Source: an uncultured Acidimicrobiia bacterium (GTDB lineage: Bacteria; Actinomycetota; Acidimicrobiia; Acidimicrobiales; AC-14). From it: a stretch of DNA of 64,000 nucleotides. Under the pieces are notes generated by a model. The model did not search any database and was not told the DNA's origin. It was given only the letters and a program-made list of their open reading frames with translations. Below are positions 1 through 9,985 of this stretch, piece after piece (position 1 is the first letter of the stretch; each line of letters opens with the position of its first letter). The position numbers and the translations under genes were made by a program. The stretch lies in assembly GCA_963836205.1 (NCBI GenBank), contig CAWIIV010000006.1:384001-448000 (forward strand), in the 5' to 3' direction.

Positions 1-53
1 CGGACCCCACGTGGAGTACCTGTAGGAGCCCGGCGCCGGCCCTCCGTGGGTCC

Positions 54-1706
54 CTACGAACGGCTCGAACGCTTGGCGACGTGGTCGCGGTTGGCGTCGG
101 CGGGGGGGAGTTGCTTCGCCCGGGGCTGCTTGGGCGCACGGGCCGCCTTGGTGGGCCGGTCGGCATTCGACTGAGACCCCTTGGTGCCGCCCGGTGGGGC
201 AGGCTCGATGGGGTCGTAGCCGTACTTGCCGCCGTAGGCGGACTCGGGTCCGGCCCCGTTGAGGATGGCACCCACCAGGGGAGCGTTGACCTGGCGCAGC
301 TGCTCGACGGCGAGGATGACGTCGCGGGTCGACGTGCGGTCGACGGCGCACACGATGAAGGTGACGTCGACCAGGCCGGCGATGATCATGGCGTCGCTCA
401 CCGGCAGCACGGGCGGGGAGTCGATGAGCACGATCTCGGCCTCGGCCCGCAGCGAGGCCAGCACCTCCCGGGCTCGGCGGGAGGAGAGCAGCTCGGACGG
501 GTTGGGCGGGAGCGGCCCCGAGGCGAGGACGTAGAGGCGGTCCTGGTCGGGGACCTGCTGGAGGGCGGCGCTGAGGGGCACCTTGCCCAGGAGCACCGAC
601 GTGAACCCGATGTCGTTCGTCATGCCGAAGAACTCGTGCAGCCGGGGTCGACGCAGGTCGCAGCACACCAGGGCCACCTGCTGGCCGGCCCGGGCCAGGG
701 CCACGCCCAGGTTGGCGAGGGTGGTGGTCTTGCCGTCGCCGGCCGTCGGGCTGGTGACCTGGATCATGGTCACCCCCTCGTTGGGGAGGAACTGCACCGC
801 CGTGCGCAGGGTCCGGTAGGCCTCGGTGGCCGGCGAGCGGGGGGTGGTGAGCGACACCACGGTGGGCCGTCCCATCGAGCTGAGGCTGCTCCCCACGGTG
901 GGGATGGCGCCGAGGACGGGCAGGCCGGACGCCCGTTCGAGCTGGTCCTTGTTGCGCAGGGAGTCGTCGAGCCGCTCCAGCAGGAGGGCGATGGCCACCG
1001 CCAGGCCGAGGCCCACGAGGCCGGCCATCAGCCCCGCCCGTCCCGGGCGGGGCGACACCGGGGAGGTGGGCAGGGCCGCCGGGGTGACCACCTGGGCCGC
1101 CCCGCTCTTGACCGCCCGCAGCACCTGGACCCGGTCGAGCTGCTGGCGCAGGGCCGTCTGCTGGGCGACCAGCGAGTCGCGGGCGTCGCCCTGGGCGGCG
1201 TCGACCTGGCCCTGGAGCTCGGTGATCCGCTTCTGGATCTCGGCCGCGGCCGTGTTGACGGCCTCGTCGGTCTGGCGGTGGCGAACGGTGACATAGCCGT
1301 CGGCGTAGGCGTTGGCGGTGGTGGCCGCCCGTTCGGCGCTGCCGCTGCGGGCCTTGATGGCGATCACGTCGGCGTCGCCGGCCGGGGAGGCCGACACCGA
1401 TGGCGCCTCGCCGATCGACGTCCGCACCGCGTCCTTCACTGTCGGGCTGGTGAGGATGCGGATCTCGGTCTCCACCAGCCGCTGTGGGTCGGTGCGAGGC
1501 CGGGAGTTGGGGTCGAGGGCGAGCTCGACGCCGCTGCTCTGCACCAGGACCTCGGCCGTGGCCTCGTAGACCGTCGGCCGGGAGGACGAGATCACCATCG
1601 AGAACCCGACGATGACCAGGACGGCGAGCACCACCGCCACCCGCCTCCGCCACACGCCCCGGAGGTATTGTCCGGCCTTACCCTCTCCCTTGGCGGCGGC
1701 GGGCAT
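54..1706 (-). CDS. Polysaccharide chain-length regulator / tyrosine autokinase (Wzc, CpsC-CpsD fusion)
   Basis: N-terminal TM plus YEATAEVLV (Wzz-like), second TM, EAYRTLRT, Walker A SPTAGDGKTT, DLRRP, PPNPSELL, LIDSPP, Tyr-containing tail; start uncertain (1706 ATG or 1736 TTG). Confidence 0.9.
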   Translation of the reverse strand: MPAAAKGEGKAGQYLRGVWRRRVAVVLAVLVIVGFSMVISSSRPTVYEATAEVLVQSSGVELALDPNSRPRTDPQRLVETEIRILTSPTVKDAVRTSIGEAPSVSASPAGDADVIAIKARSGSAERAATTANAYADGYVTVRHRQTDEAVNTAAAEIQKRITELQGQVDAAQGDARDSLVAQQTALRQQLDRVQVLRAVKSGAAQVVTPAALPTSPVSPRPGRAGLMAGLVGLGLAVAIALLLERLDDSLRNKDQLERASGLPVLGAIPTVGSSLSSMGRPTVVSLTTPRSPATEAYRTLRTAVQFLPNEGVTMIQVTSPTAGDGKTTTLANLGVALARAGQQVALVCCDLRRPRLHEFFGMTNDIGFTSVLLGKVPLSAALQQVPDQDRLYVLASGPLPPNPSELLSSRRAREVLASLRAEAEIVLIDSPPVLPVSDAMIIAGLVDVTFIVCAVDRTSTRDVILAVEQLRQVNAPLVGAILNGAGPESAYGGKYGYDPIEPAPPGGTKGSQSNADRPTKAARAPKQPRAKQLPPADANRDHVAKRSSRS

Positions 1707-1939
1707 CAGAGAGATGGTACCGACCGATGGCGGCAAACTCGTTGCCGCCCTGGCTACGGGCGTGGCGGTGCCGGTCCCGGCCGTACCTCACCGTCCTCGA
1801 ACGGAGCTGACGGCGTCGGTCGCTGACGGAGGCAGGGGCCGGGCCCGCGGCCGACGTCGTCCCTCGACGGCACGCCGAACGCACTTCGGGAGCCTGCCCG
1901 ACGGTGGAGAATCTCCCTCGCGACGGACGGGCCCGACCG

Positions 1940-2485
1940 TCAGCCGGCCACGATCGTCGCCGCCAGGGCCATCCGATGATCCTTGGCCCAGGGCGGTCCC
2001 AGCCTTGCCCGGGGGCCGTGGAGCACCTCGTCGGCCCGGTCACCGAGGATGCTCGTCGCCTGGCTTTCTACGTCCTTGGCGTTGAACAGATGGATGTCCC
2101 AGCCGCGGGCACGTGCCTGCTCGGCCAGCACCTGCCGGTACATGACGGAGTCGGCACGGGCCTCGTGGGGTGGGCGCCGTTGGACGGTGATGTCGTCGGG
2201 GAAGTCGAGCGGCCAAGCCCGCAGCGACATCGACACGATCGGTTCGGGCACTGCGGTTGCCAGCTCGTCGAGCGCAGCTGACGTCGCCCGCACCGCCGAC
2301 GCTCGCACCTTCACGACCAGCGCCGCGGTGGCGGCGTCGTCGAGAGGCTTGCCTTCGTGGTGGATCGGCGCCGTCGCCATGCCGGGTTCGATCAGCTCGA
2401 TCCTCCGGCGGTCCACGACCTTGTAATCGGTCGATGCAGTCACAACCACGGCCCATCCGAGATGATGTGCGATCCCCACGCGCAT
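1940..2485 (-). CDS. Conserved hypothetical protein, possible RNase H-like fold
   Basis: 181-aa ATG-initiated ORF with normal codon usage; begins RVGIAHHLGWAVVV, ends GPPWAKDHRMALAA. Confidence 0.7.
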   Translation of the reverse strand: MRVGIAHHLGWAVVVTASTDYKVVDRRRIELIEPGMATAPIHHEGKPLDDAATAALVVKVRASAVRATSAALDELATAVPEPIVSMSLRAWPLDFPDDITVQRRPPHEARADSVMYRQVLAEQARARGWDIHLFNAKDVESQATSILGDRADEVLHGPRARLGPPWAKDHRMALAATIVAG

Positions 2486-2582
2486 GCCATCGAGTATTCC
2501 GCGGCCCAGACCACCGTGCTCAAGCGTGACCGCGGTCGCCCTGACGTGACCTGACCTGCCAGTTCTGTGTCGTGGCGGGTCG

Positions 2583-3449
2583 TCACCCGGTCATGGCGTC
2601 GAGCAGGACTGCGGCCATGCCCTGCATCCCGAGGGCGTTGGGGTGGACCGGCGCGGCCGGCGAGAGGGGGACGACGGGCTCGACCCACCTGATCCCCGGC
2701 AGCTGGCACGCATCGTGTCCCAGGCTGGGCCCGTAGACGTCGACAGAGCTGACGCCCGCCGCAGCCGCCTGGGCGGCAAGCATCGTGTTCAGCTCCTTCT
2801 CCTTGTCCCGGAGGTACGGAGCGTCACCGGGGGTGAACGGCATCACCGGCCAGCAGCCGGGCTGCACCTCCGGGAGGATCGCGGGGTAGCCCACGACGAA
2901 GACCCGTGCCTGAGGCGACCGGCGGGCGATCTCGTTGAGGGCGGCGGCGACCTTCGGGGCCGTCGCCGCGATGCGCCGGCTGATCTCGTCGACTCCACCC
3001 CCGGTGTAGAGGTCGCGGCACGGTGTCCCCAGAGGCAGGAGTGCCACGCACCGTCGGAGGATCTCGGAGAAGCCGATGTCGTTGCCGCCGATCTGCAGGC
3101 TGACAATGCCGACCGCGGCGTCGAGGGCGTCCAACTGCGGGGGGTTGGACCCGCCGTGGACTGGCTGCGCCGAGCTGAGGTCGACGGTGTCGGCGCCGCT
3201 GCAGCTGCGGTCACGCAGCACCGAGGCCCGGACACCCGCGACCAGGTGGGGATAGTTGTGGTCGGACCGCCAGCATCCCGGTGGGTCGGGCAGCTGGTTG
3301 GGAATCAGGGGCCCTGCCGTGTACGAGTCGCCCATGGCCACGTAGGACTCGGGGACAGCGGCCCGAACGGCCGGCACGTCCAGGCCGGCGGCCAGGATCG
3401 CCGCCGAGGCGGTCAACAGCAGGCGGGTGACAGCGGACCTCGAAAGCAT
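2583..3449 (-). CDS. Secreted SGNH/GDSL lipase/esterase
   Basis: Signal peptide, GDSY block I, IGGNDIGF block III, C-terminal HPN. Confidence 0.9.
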   Translation of the reverse strand: MLSRSAVTRLLLTASAAILAAGLDVPAVRAAVPESYVAMGDSYTAGPLIPNQLPDPPGCWRSDHNYPHLVAGVRASVLRDRSCSGADTVDLSSAQPVHGGSNPPQLDALDAAVGIVSLQIGGNDIGFSEILRRCVALLPLGTPCRDLYTGGGVDEISRRIAATAPKVAAALNEIARRSPQARVFVVGYPAILPEVQPGCWPVMPFTPGDAPYLRDKEKELNTMLAAQAAAAGVSSVDVYGPSLGHDACQLPGIRWVEPVVPLSPAAPVHPNALGMQGMAAVLLDAMTG

Positions 3450-3549
3450 CGTGGGAACCTCCTGAGCGCCAGACCCCTACCCCGGTGACGGGAAATCACC
3501 GCAACTGCGGGAGACGCTGTCCACGCTCCGTTCGATGTCGACCGCGGCG

Positions 3550-3670
3550 CGTGGGGCCGCTCGAAGCCGTCGAGGAGCAGGTCGAGGGTGCATCGAGCCG
3601 TGCCGACGACCGAGTCGTTGTCGTGGGCGGCAGCCCATGGCGATCTCCGTGATGTGCGCGATACCGCCCT
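3550..3670 (-). pseudogene. Remnant of TetR/AcrR C-terminal domain
   Basis: Frameshifted pieces HITEIAM / AAHDNDSVVG / LDLLLDGFER resemble the ends of actinobacterial TetR proteins; no HTH or start seen. Confidence 0.5.
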
Positions 3671-4067
3671 GCCCCTCGCCCCCAGCAGCGGCGGTCCGGG
3701 CTCCTTGGTCCCGAAATCCTTGCCCATCGCCGGCGAGAACTGCACTTGTCCGGCCCGAGTGCTGGGACACGTCGCGTTCGGAGTGCTCCACCGCTGATCA
3801 GGTCCTCGCAGCCAATGTTGTGGGGTGGAAAGCGCATTAGGCAACCGATCCCATCCCACTACCCCGAGGGCAAGGCTGCACCCGTGCGCAGAAGTGAGGC
3901 GCAGGGCACGAGGCAAATGGGCTCGTCTACGACAGGTTCCTGGGTGGGGCATGAAGCTGGCGGAACGGATGTTCTCGAATATTGGGACCGGCAGACGAAC
4001 TCGAAGACTCGACGCCCGCTTCCGTCGAGCCAGGCGGCACCGCTGATCGCCTATCACCGAGATCGGG

Positions 4068-4111
4068 CGCCGGGGTGACCGCCCCACTGCGCCGGGGTGA
4101 CCGCCCTACTG
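4068..4111. repeat. 22-bp tandem duplication in a non-coding, degenerate region
   Basis: cgccggggtgaccgccc(c/t)actg x2. Confidence 0.85.
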
Positions 4112-4756
4112 TCCACCAACGCCGCCACTCCTTCCGAGGGATTCGAGCGGGACCGCGGCCAGTCGACTCGCTTGCTCCGCTCGAACCGCCGGGTCAACGG
4201 GGACGAGGCCGAACTCGTCGAGATCATGCACGACGGCCAGTGGCCGACACACACCCACGGTGGCCAGCAGCGTTCCTCCGCCGACGACAATTCCACGGGG
4301 AGCGAGCACCTCCTCGGCGCCCAAACTTGCCGGAGGCGGGTCGACCCTTCTCCTCCTCCAGTGGGCGCATCACGGAGGAGCTACTTCGGCTGAACCTTCT
4401 CCCGCTCGAATCTTCGGCCGGCAGGTGCACCGCCTCCATCATTCGGGCCGGCGACGGCCGTAGGCATCCGGGAAGTTGCAGGCAAACCTGGGCGTCCACA
4501 CCTGCTGGCCGGCGAGCTCCATGTCCAGACGCGGATCGCCTCGTCGTACGTGATCGGACATTCGTCATTGTCTCCGACCCCGTCGCCGTGCCGCCCCGTT
4601 TGAGCCCGGAGATCGGCGAGGACGACGGGGCGTCGCCAGCTCGACTTTGCCTGGCCTCGCTTCGGTGGTTTCCCAGGAGCAGCACCAGGACCCGGGGACG
4701 CGGCAACTGATGTGCCTTGATCACTTGAGGCGAAGGTGGGGCAGTACGATTGCGGC

Positions 4757-6631
4757 ATGGGGCTTTGCCACGAGTTCGGCTCCCAGATCCGCTCGGGTTG
4801 CGACCACCCGATGCGAGCCGGCGCTTCCGCCTGCTCGTGTGCCGAGTGCGGGGTGGTCTGCCGGGGGCTGTTCGACGGATGCCCCGACGTCTGGGCCCGG
4901 GGGCCACGGCCGGTCGCCATCTCCGCCACCCGGGCGGGGGTCACCGCCCCGGCAACACCTCCCGTCACGGCCCCGACCGGCGGCGCAACCGTCACGCCTA
5001 TCCAATCGACCCGCACCGAGGAGGCCAAAGCCGTCCGTAGCGGCGCCGCAGTGGCGGCCATCGGGCCGGCCACGGTCCGAGCCGGCACGGCCAACGGGGC
5101 CGCTGGAGGCGACCGGGCCGGCGGGCGGGCGGGCGAGGGCGCCGGCTCCCGGGGGGGCGAGACGGGCTCGGCCCCAGGCGATCCGCGGCTGGAAGTGTTC
5201 AAGTGGTTCGAGGAGGCGTTCGAGGGCGTCCGTCTCGAGCTCCAGACACTGATCGCGAGCATGACCCATCAGCAGGCGATGCTGGCTGAGCTCCTCGACA
5301 GCCGGCAGGCCGAGCTGCGACTGGCCCTGGTGGCGGAGTCGCTCCCCGACATCGTCGCCGACGCGGTGCGGGCGGCCATGGACGACCACACCACCAGCCT
5401 GACCCAGGCCTACGACCAGTCCCACGACCGCTTCCGCGACGATGTCGAGAGCGTCCGCACCGCCACCGAGGGCACCGTCGACTCGCTGCGGGAGTCGTTC
5501 GGGAAGCTGGCGTCGGTCATCGCGGTGCACGACGAGGAGGCGGAGGCGCGGGAGTCGGTGCGGCTCGGCACCCTCAAGGGCAGCGTGACGAGGCAGATCA
5601 CCCCGATCACCGACGCGTTGGGAAAGCTGTCGAACAAGCTGGACGAGATCGGCTCCCGGCTCGACGCGGCCAGCCGGCCCGCACCGGCGGCCGCGGCGGG
5701 CCCGGTGGCTGCCGCCCGCCCGGCCCTGGCCCCGTCGCGGGCCCCGGGGGCGCGCACCGCCCCGGCCGCCCGGCCTCCCGCTGCCGGGCCCGCCGGTCGG
5801 GCGGCCCCGTCGGCGTGGGCGCCCCAGGTCGCGGCCGGACCGGTCGTCGCCCGCCGGGTCACGTCCAACCGGGCGGCAGCCGTCGCTGAGCCCGACGACA
5901 TCGACGACATCGACGCCGACGACATCGACGACGCCGACACCGACGACGAGCCGGCCCCCGCCGCACGCACGGCCAGGCAACCGGCCCAGGCGGCACGCAC
6001 CGCCAGGCCACCGGCCGCCGCCCCGCGTCCACCGGCCCAGCGTCCACCGGCCGCCGCCCCGCGTCCACCAGCTGCCGCCCGGGCGGGGTCCGGCCCCGCC
6101 AAGCGGGCGACCGCCACCGGCCCCGTGTCCCGCCGACGCCTACCGGTACCGGTACCGGAGCCGGAGGTCGAACCGGAGGTCGAGGAGGTCGAGGCCGTGG
6201 TCGCTCCGCCCCGGCCCCGGCGCATCAGCACCCCTCGAGCCACCATCGGCGCCCGCACCGCCGCTGGCAGCGGTGTCCGCCCGCCGGCCAACGGGTCGAA
6301 CGGGCCGGTGAGCGCCCCATCGCCCGCCCTCGGCCGGCCGTCGACGGCGCGGGTGACGGCCCCTCGGGCGTTCCAGCCGACCCCGCCGGAGCCCACCCCT
6401 GCGCCGACCGCCCGGCCCGGCGCCCGCCGCCGGGCTCAAGTGGCCCCCTTCCGGTCTCTTGCCGACGACGGCGATGACGAGCCGGTGGTCACCTACGAGC
6501 TTGAGGACGACACCGGAGGCCTGTTCGACATCGACGACGACGACGCCGGCTGGGCTCCCCCCGCCTGGGTGTCGGAGGTGGCCGCCAAGCGAACCCCGCC
6601 CGGCGGCGGAAGGTCCCGCCCAACGCGCTGA
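4757..6631 (+). CDS. Hypothetical protein: Cys-rich N-terminal domain, coiled-coil core, long disordered tail
   Basis: CHEFG..CDHPM..CSCAECGVVC..GCPDVW; helical segment FEEAFEG...LDEIGSRLD; Pro/Ala/Arg tail with acidic patches. Confidence 0.8.
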   Translation: MGLCHEFGSQIRSGCDHPMRAGASACSCAECGVVCRGLFDGCPDVWARGPRPVAISATRAGVTAPATPPVTAPTGGATVTPIQSTRTEEAKAVRSGAAVAAIGPATVRAGTANGAAGGDRAGGRAGEGAGSRGGETGSAPGDPRLEVFKWFEEAFEGVRLELQTLIASMTHQQAMLAELLDSRQAELRLALVAESLPDIVADAVRAAMDDHTTSLTQAYDQSHDRFRDDVESVRTATEGTVDSLRESFGKLASVIAVHDEEAEARESVRLGTLKGSVTRQITPITDALGKLSNKLDEIGSRLDAASRPAPAAAAGPVAAARPALAPSRAPGARTAPAARPPAAGPAGRAAPSAWAPQVAAGPVVARRVTSNRAAAVAEPDDIDDIDADDIDDADTDDEPAPAARTARQPAQAARTARPPAAAPRPPAQRPPAAAPRPPAAARAGSGPAKRATATGPVSRRRLPVPVPEPEVEPEVEEVEAVVAPPRPRRISTPRATIGARTAAGSGVRPPANGSNGPVSAPSPALGRPSTARVTAPRAFQPTPPEPTPAPTARPGARRRAQVAPFRSLADDGDDEPVVTYELEDDTGGLFDIDDDDAGWAPPAWVSEVAAKRTPPGGGRSRPTR

Positions 6632-6760
6632 CCGACGTGACGGCGTAGAGCTCCGAGCATCCAACGCGCCGCCCGGATCATACGATCGACGTGATGGTCG
6701 TGATCCGCCGGGTTTTCGGCGGGGCGGGCACCGACATCGTCGCCGGTCCCGGCGCTCCGA

Positions 6761-6945
6761 TTCAGGACGATTCGGTGATCCGAAGGCTTCGTGTACGAGG
6801 GTCGTCGTGGTATCGGGCTGCCGACTCACGACAATTGGAGTGATACGAATGCTTCGTGCACCGAAATCGTCGTGATCTGGCGCGATTCGGGGCGATTCAC
6901 GACTATTGAGGTGATCCGAATGCCTCGTGCGCCCAAATCGTCGTT
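6761..6945. repeat. Three degenerate ~50-bp repeats (REP-like), intergenic between convergent genes
   Basis: Units at 6761, 6825 and 6896; consensus (T)TCACGAC-N6/7-GTGATCCGAATGCTTCGTGC-N-AATCGTCGTG. Confidence 0.85.
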
Positions 6946-6981
6946 GGGGACCCGTTCCGGTCCGAACGCCGGCGGTCGCCG

Positions 6982-7659
6982 TCAGCGGCGCAGGGCCTGC
7001 ACGACCTCGGACCACGGCACTCGGCCCTCGCGTAGGAGACGGGGCTCGAAGCCGGTGCAGTCGACCACCGTCGACGGGCTGCCGGTGCACGTCCCTCCGT
7101 CGAGCACGAGCGGTAGGGCGTCCCCGAACACCTTGGCCACCTCGGCCGCGGTCGTGAGGGTCGGCTCACGGTGGACGTTGGCACTCGTCGTGGCCAGGGG
7201 CCCCACCGCCCGGCACAGGGCCAGGGCGACGGGGTGGTCGGGGCAGCGCACGCCGATGGTGGCGTCGTCGTCGCCCAGGTCGGCGCCCAGGTCGACCCGG
7301 GCCGGGAGCACGATCGTGAGGGCACCCGGCCAGAAACGGGCCATCAGCGTCAGCGCCGTGCTCGGGACGGCGGTGGCCAGCCCCAGCGCCTGATCGGTCG
7401 ACGCCACCAGCACGGGCAGGTTCTCGTCCCGGGGCCGGCGCTTCAGCTCGAAGACCCTGTCGGAGGCACCGGGGAGGAAGGGGTCGACGGCCAGCCCGTA
7501 GACGGTGTCGGTGGGCAGGCCGATGGGAAGGCCGTGGGCCAGCACCTCCACCGCCCGGGCCAGGGCGACGGACGACAGGCCTTCGCCGGGCAGGTCGCCG
7601 GACGACCCGCCGTCAGGCGAGGGCTCCGACTCGCCGACACCATCGGTGGGCACGATCAC
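6982..7659 (-). CDS. tsaC: L-threonylcarbamoyladenylate synthase (YrdC/Sua5)
   Basis: PTDTVYGL, KRRP, FWPGALT, TSAN motifs; follows prmC. Confidence 0.92.
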   Translation of the reverse strand: MIVPTDGVGESEPSPDGGSSGDLPGEGLSSVALARAVEVLAHGLPIGLPTDTVYGLAVDPFLPGASDRVFELKRRPRDENLPVLVASTDQALGLATAVPSTALTLMARFWPGALTIVLPARVDLGADLGDDDATIGVRCPDHPVALALCRAVGPLATTSANVHREPTLTTAAEVAKVFGDALPLVLDGGTCTGSPSTVVDCTGFEPRLLREGRVPWSEVVQALRR

Positions 7660-8525
7660 CCGCGGTACCTACCCACCAGGACCCGGGGCCTGTCGGCCAG
7701 GTCGGGCCGCACCTCGACGTCGTCGAACCCGGCGCCCGTCGCCAGCGCCGCCGCCGCCTCCGCCTGGTGGGGGGCGAGCTCCACCACCACCGTCCCCGGG
7801 CGCGCCAGCCAACCGGCGGCCCCGGTGACGACGGCGTCGATCCCCTCCAGACCGGTGGGCCCCGCCACCAGCGCCCCTGTCGGCTCCCAGTCGGCCACCT
7901 CGGCCGGCAGTACCTCGTCCACGGCCACGTAGGGCGGGTTCGACACCACCAGGTCGAGCTGGCCCCGCAGCTTCTCCGGCAACGGCTCGAACCACGACCC
8001 CGTCAGCAGCCGGACCCGCGGCCCCACCAGGCTCCCCGCCCCGGCCAGGTTGGCCCGGGCCACCGCCACCGCCTCGGCCGACACGTCGGTGGCCCACACC
8101 CGGGCCCGCGCCACCTCGTCGGCCACGGCCAGGGCGATGGCGCCCGACCCGGTACCGATGTCGGCGACCAGCGGCGGCGTGCGTCGATCCCGGGGCACCA
8201 GCCGCCGAAGCTCGTCGATGGCCACCTCGGCGACCACCTCCGTCTCCGGCCGGGGGATCAGCACCCGCCGGTCGACCAGCAGGTCGAGTCGCCGGAACCC
8301 CCACCGGCCGAGGACGTACTGCAACGGCTCCCCCCGGCGCCGCCGATCGACTATCGCGTCGGCGTAGGCCGCGGCCCGGGCCGGGGCGACCGAGTCGAGC
8401 TCGCCCACGAGCTGGGCTCGATCGAGTCCGGACGCCTCCTCCAGCACCCGCCACGCCTCGCCCGCCGCCGGCAGCGCCGTCCGCACCCGGCCCAGGACGT
8501 CGCGCCAGGTCTCCTCCTCCGTCAC
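7656..8525 (-). CDS. prmC: Release factor glutamine methyltransferase
   Basis: GEPLQY, LIPRPETE, DIGTGSGAIA, VSNPPY. Confidence 0.95.
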   Translation of the reverse strand: MTEEETWRDVLGRVRTALPAAGEAWRVLEEASGLDRAQLVGELDSVAPARAAAYADAIVDRRRRGEPLQYVLGRWGFRRLDLLVDRRVLIPRPETEVVAEVAIDELRRLVPRDRRTPPLVADIGTGSGAIALAVADEVARARVWATDVSAEAVAVARANLAGAGSLVGPRVRLLTGSWFEPLPEKLRGQLDLVVSNPPYVAVDEVLPAEVADWEPTGALVAGPTGLEGIDAVVTGAAGWLARPGTVVVELAPHQAEAAAALATGAGFDDVEVRPDLADRPRVLVGRYRG

Positions 8526-8559
8526 CCCCGGGCAGTGGCAGCCCGAGCGGCGGCGGCCG

Positions 8560-9630
8560 TCACGCCCCGCCCTCGAGCTGGCGGGCCCGCTCGTCGGCCA
8601 GCAGCCCGTCGACCAGCGTGTCGAGGTCGCCCTCGAGCACCCGGCCCAGGTTGTGGTCCTTGAGCTCGCCGGCCAACCGGTGGTCGGTGACCCGGTTGTC
8701 GCGGTAGTTGTAGGTCCGGATCTTCTCCGACCGCCCCCCGCCGCCCACCTGGCCCCGGCGGATGTCGGACATCTCCGCCGCCACCTTGTCCTGCTCCGCC
8801 TTCAGCAGCCGGGCCCGCAGCACGATCAGCGCCTTGGCCCGGTTCTGGATCTGGCTCTTCTCGTCCTGCATGGCCACCACGATCCCGGTGGGAAGGTGGG
8901 TGATCCGCACCGCCGAGTCGGTGGTGTTCACCGATTGCCCGCCCGGGCCGGTGGAGCGGTAGACGTCGATCTTGAGGTCGTTGGGGTCGAGGTGGACGTC
9001 GACCTCCTCCGCCTCCGGCAGCACCGTGACGGTGGCCGACGACGTGTGGATCCGGCCTTGGGACTCGGTGACGGGCACCCTTTGCACCCGGTGGGGGCCG
9101 CCCTCGTGCTTCATGCGGCTCCACACGTCGTCGCCCTTGACCAGGAAGGTGACCTCGTTGAACCCACCCCGGTCGGACGGGTCGGCCCCCAGCACCTCCA
9201 GCTTCCACCCGTGGCGCTCGGCGTAGTGGGTGTACATGTCGAAAAGGTCCTTGGCGAAGAGGTTTGCCTCCTCCCCGCCCTCGGCCCCCCGGATCTCGAC
9301 GATCACGTTCTTGCCGTCGTTGGGGTCGCGGGGCTGGAGGAGCACCCGCAGTTCCTCGTCGAGCTCGGCCACCTTGGCCTCGGACTCCTCGATCTGGCTG
9401 CGGACGAAGTCGCGGTCGGCCCCGGACGAGTCGACGAGCATGCCCTTGGCCGCCTCCAGGTCGTCGGCGTGGGTCCGCAGCTCCCGGAAGGCGAGCACCA
9501 CCGGCTCCAGCTCCTTGAACCTCCGGGAGACCTCGGCGTAGGCCTTGTGGTCGCGCAGGACCTCAGGGTCGCCCAGCCGGCCCATGATCGCCTCGTACTC
9601 CGCTTCCAGCAGCTTCAGGCGCTCGAGCAT
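8560..9630 (-). CDS. prfA: Peptide chain release factor 1
   Basis: HRVQRVPVTES (PVT motif), GGQSVN, KIRTYN; start at MLERLK. Confidence 0.97.
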   Translation of the reverse strand: MLERLKLLEAEYEAIMGRLGDPEVLRDHKAYAEVSRRFKELEPVVLAFRELRTHADDLEAAKGMLVDSSGADRDFVRSQIEESEAKVAELDEELRVLLQPRDPNDGKNVIVEIRGAEGGEEANLFAKDLFDMYTHYAERHGWKLEVLGADPSDRGGFNEVTFLVKGDDVWSRMKHEGGPHRVQRVPVTESQGRIHTSSATVTVLPEAEEVDVHLDPNDLKIDVYRSTGPGGQSVNTTDSAVRITHLPTGIVVAMQDEKSQIQNRAKALIVLRARLLKAEQDKVAAEMSDIRRGQVGGGGRSEKIRTYNYRDNRVTDHRLAGELKDHNLGRVLEGDLDTLVDGLLADERARQLEGGA

Positions 9631-9698
9631 CCCGATCCAGGCTACCGGCGGCCGGTGCCAGTCCGATCCGGGGCCCCGTGCGCCAAGCGGACGGGGGG

Positions 9699-9947
9699 CT
9701 ACTTCTTCTTGGCCGCGGCCGCGCCCGCGGCGCCGGCCTTGGCGCCGGCCCGGTTGCCGTAGCGGCGCTCGAAGCGCTCCACCCGGCCGCCGGTGTCGAC
9801 CAGCTTCTGCTTGCCGGTGAAGAACGGGTGGCACTCGTTGCAGAGCTCGACCCGCAGTTCGTCGCGGGTGGAGCGGGTGACGAAGGTGTTGCCGCACGAG
9901 CAGCGGACGGAGGCGGCCTCGTACTTGGGGTGGATATCGGTTCTCAC
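9699..9947 (-). CDS. rpmE: 50S ribosomal protein L31 (Zn-binding type)
   Basis: [22 protein letters not shown]; GTG start. Confidence 0.96.
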   Translation of the reverse strand: MRTDIHPKYEAASVRCSCGNTFVTRSTRDELRVELCNECHPFFTGKQKLVDTGGRVERFERRYGNRAGAKAGAAGAAAAKKK

Positions 9948-9985
9948 GGCTGCATTCTCCCTTAGACGGACCTGGTTCCCCAAAA

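Noticed and set aside
6761-6945. CRISPR array
   Set aside because: Repeats are long (~50 bp) and diverged, linkers are only 15-21 bp, and no cas genes are present
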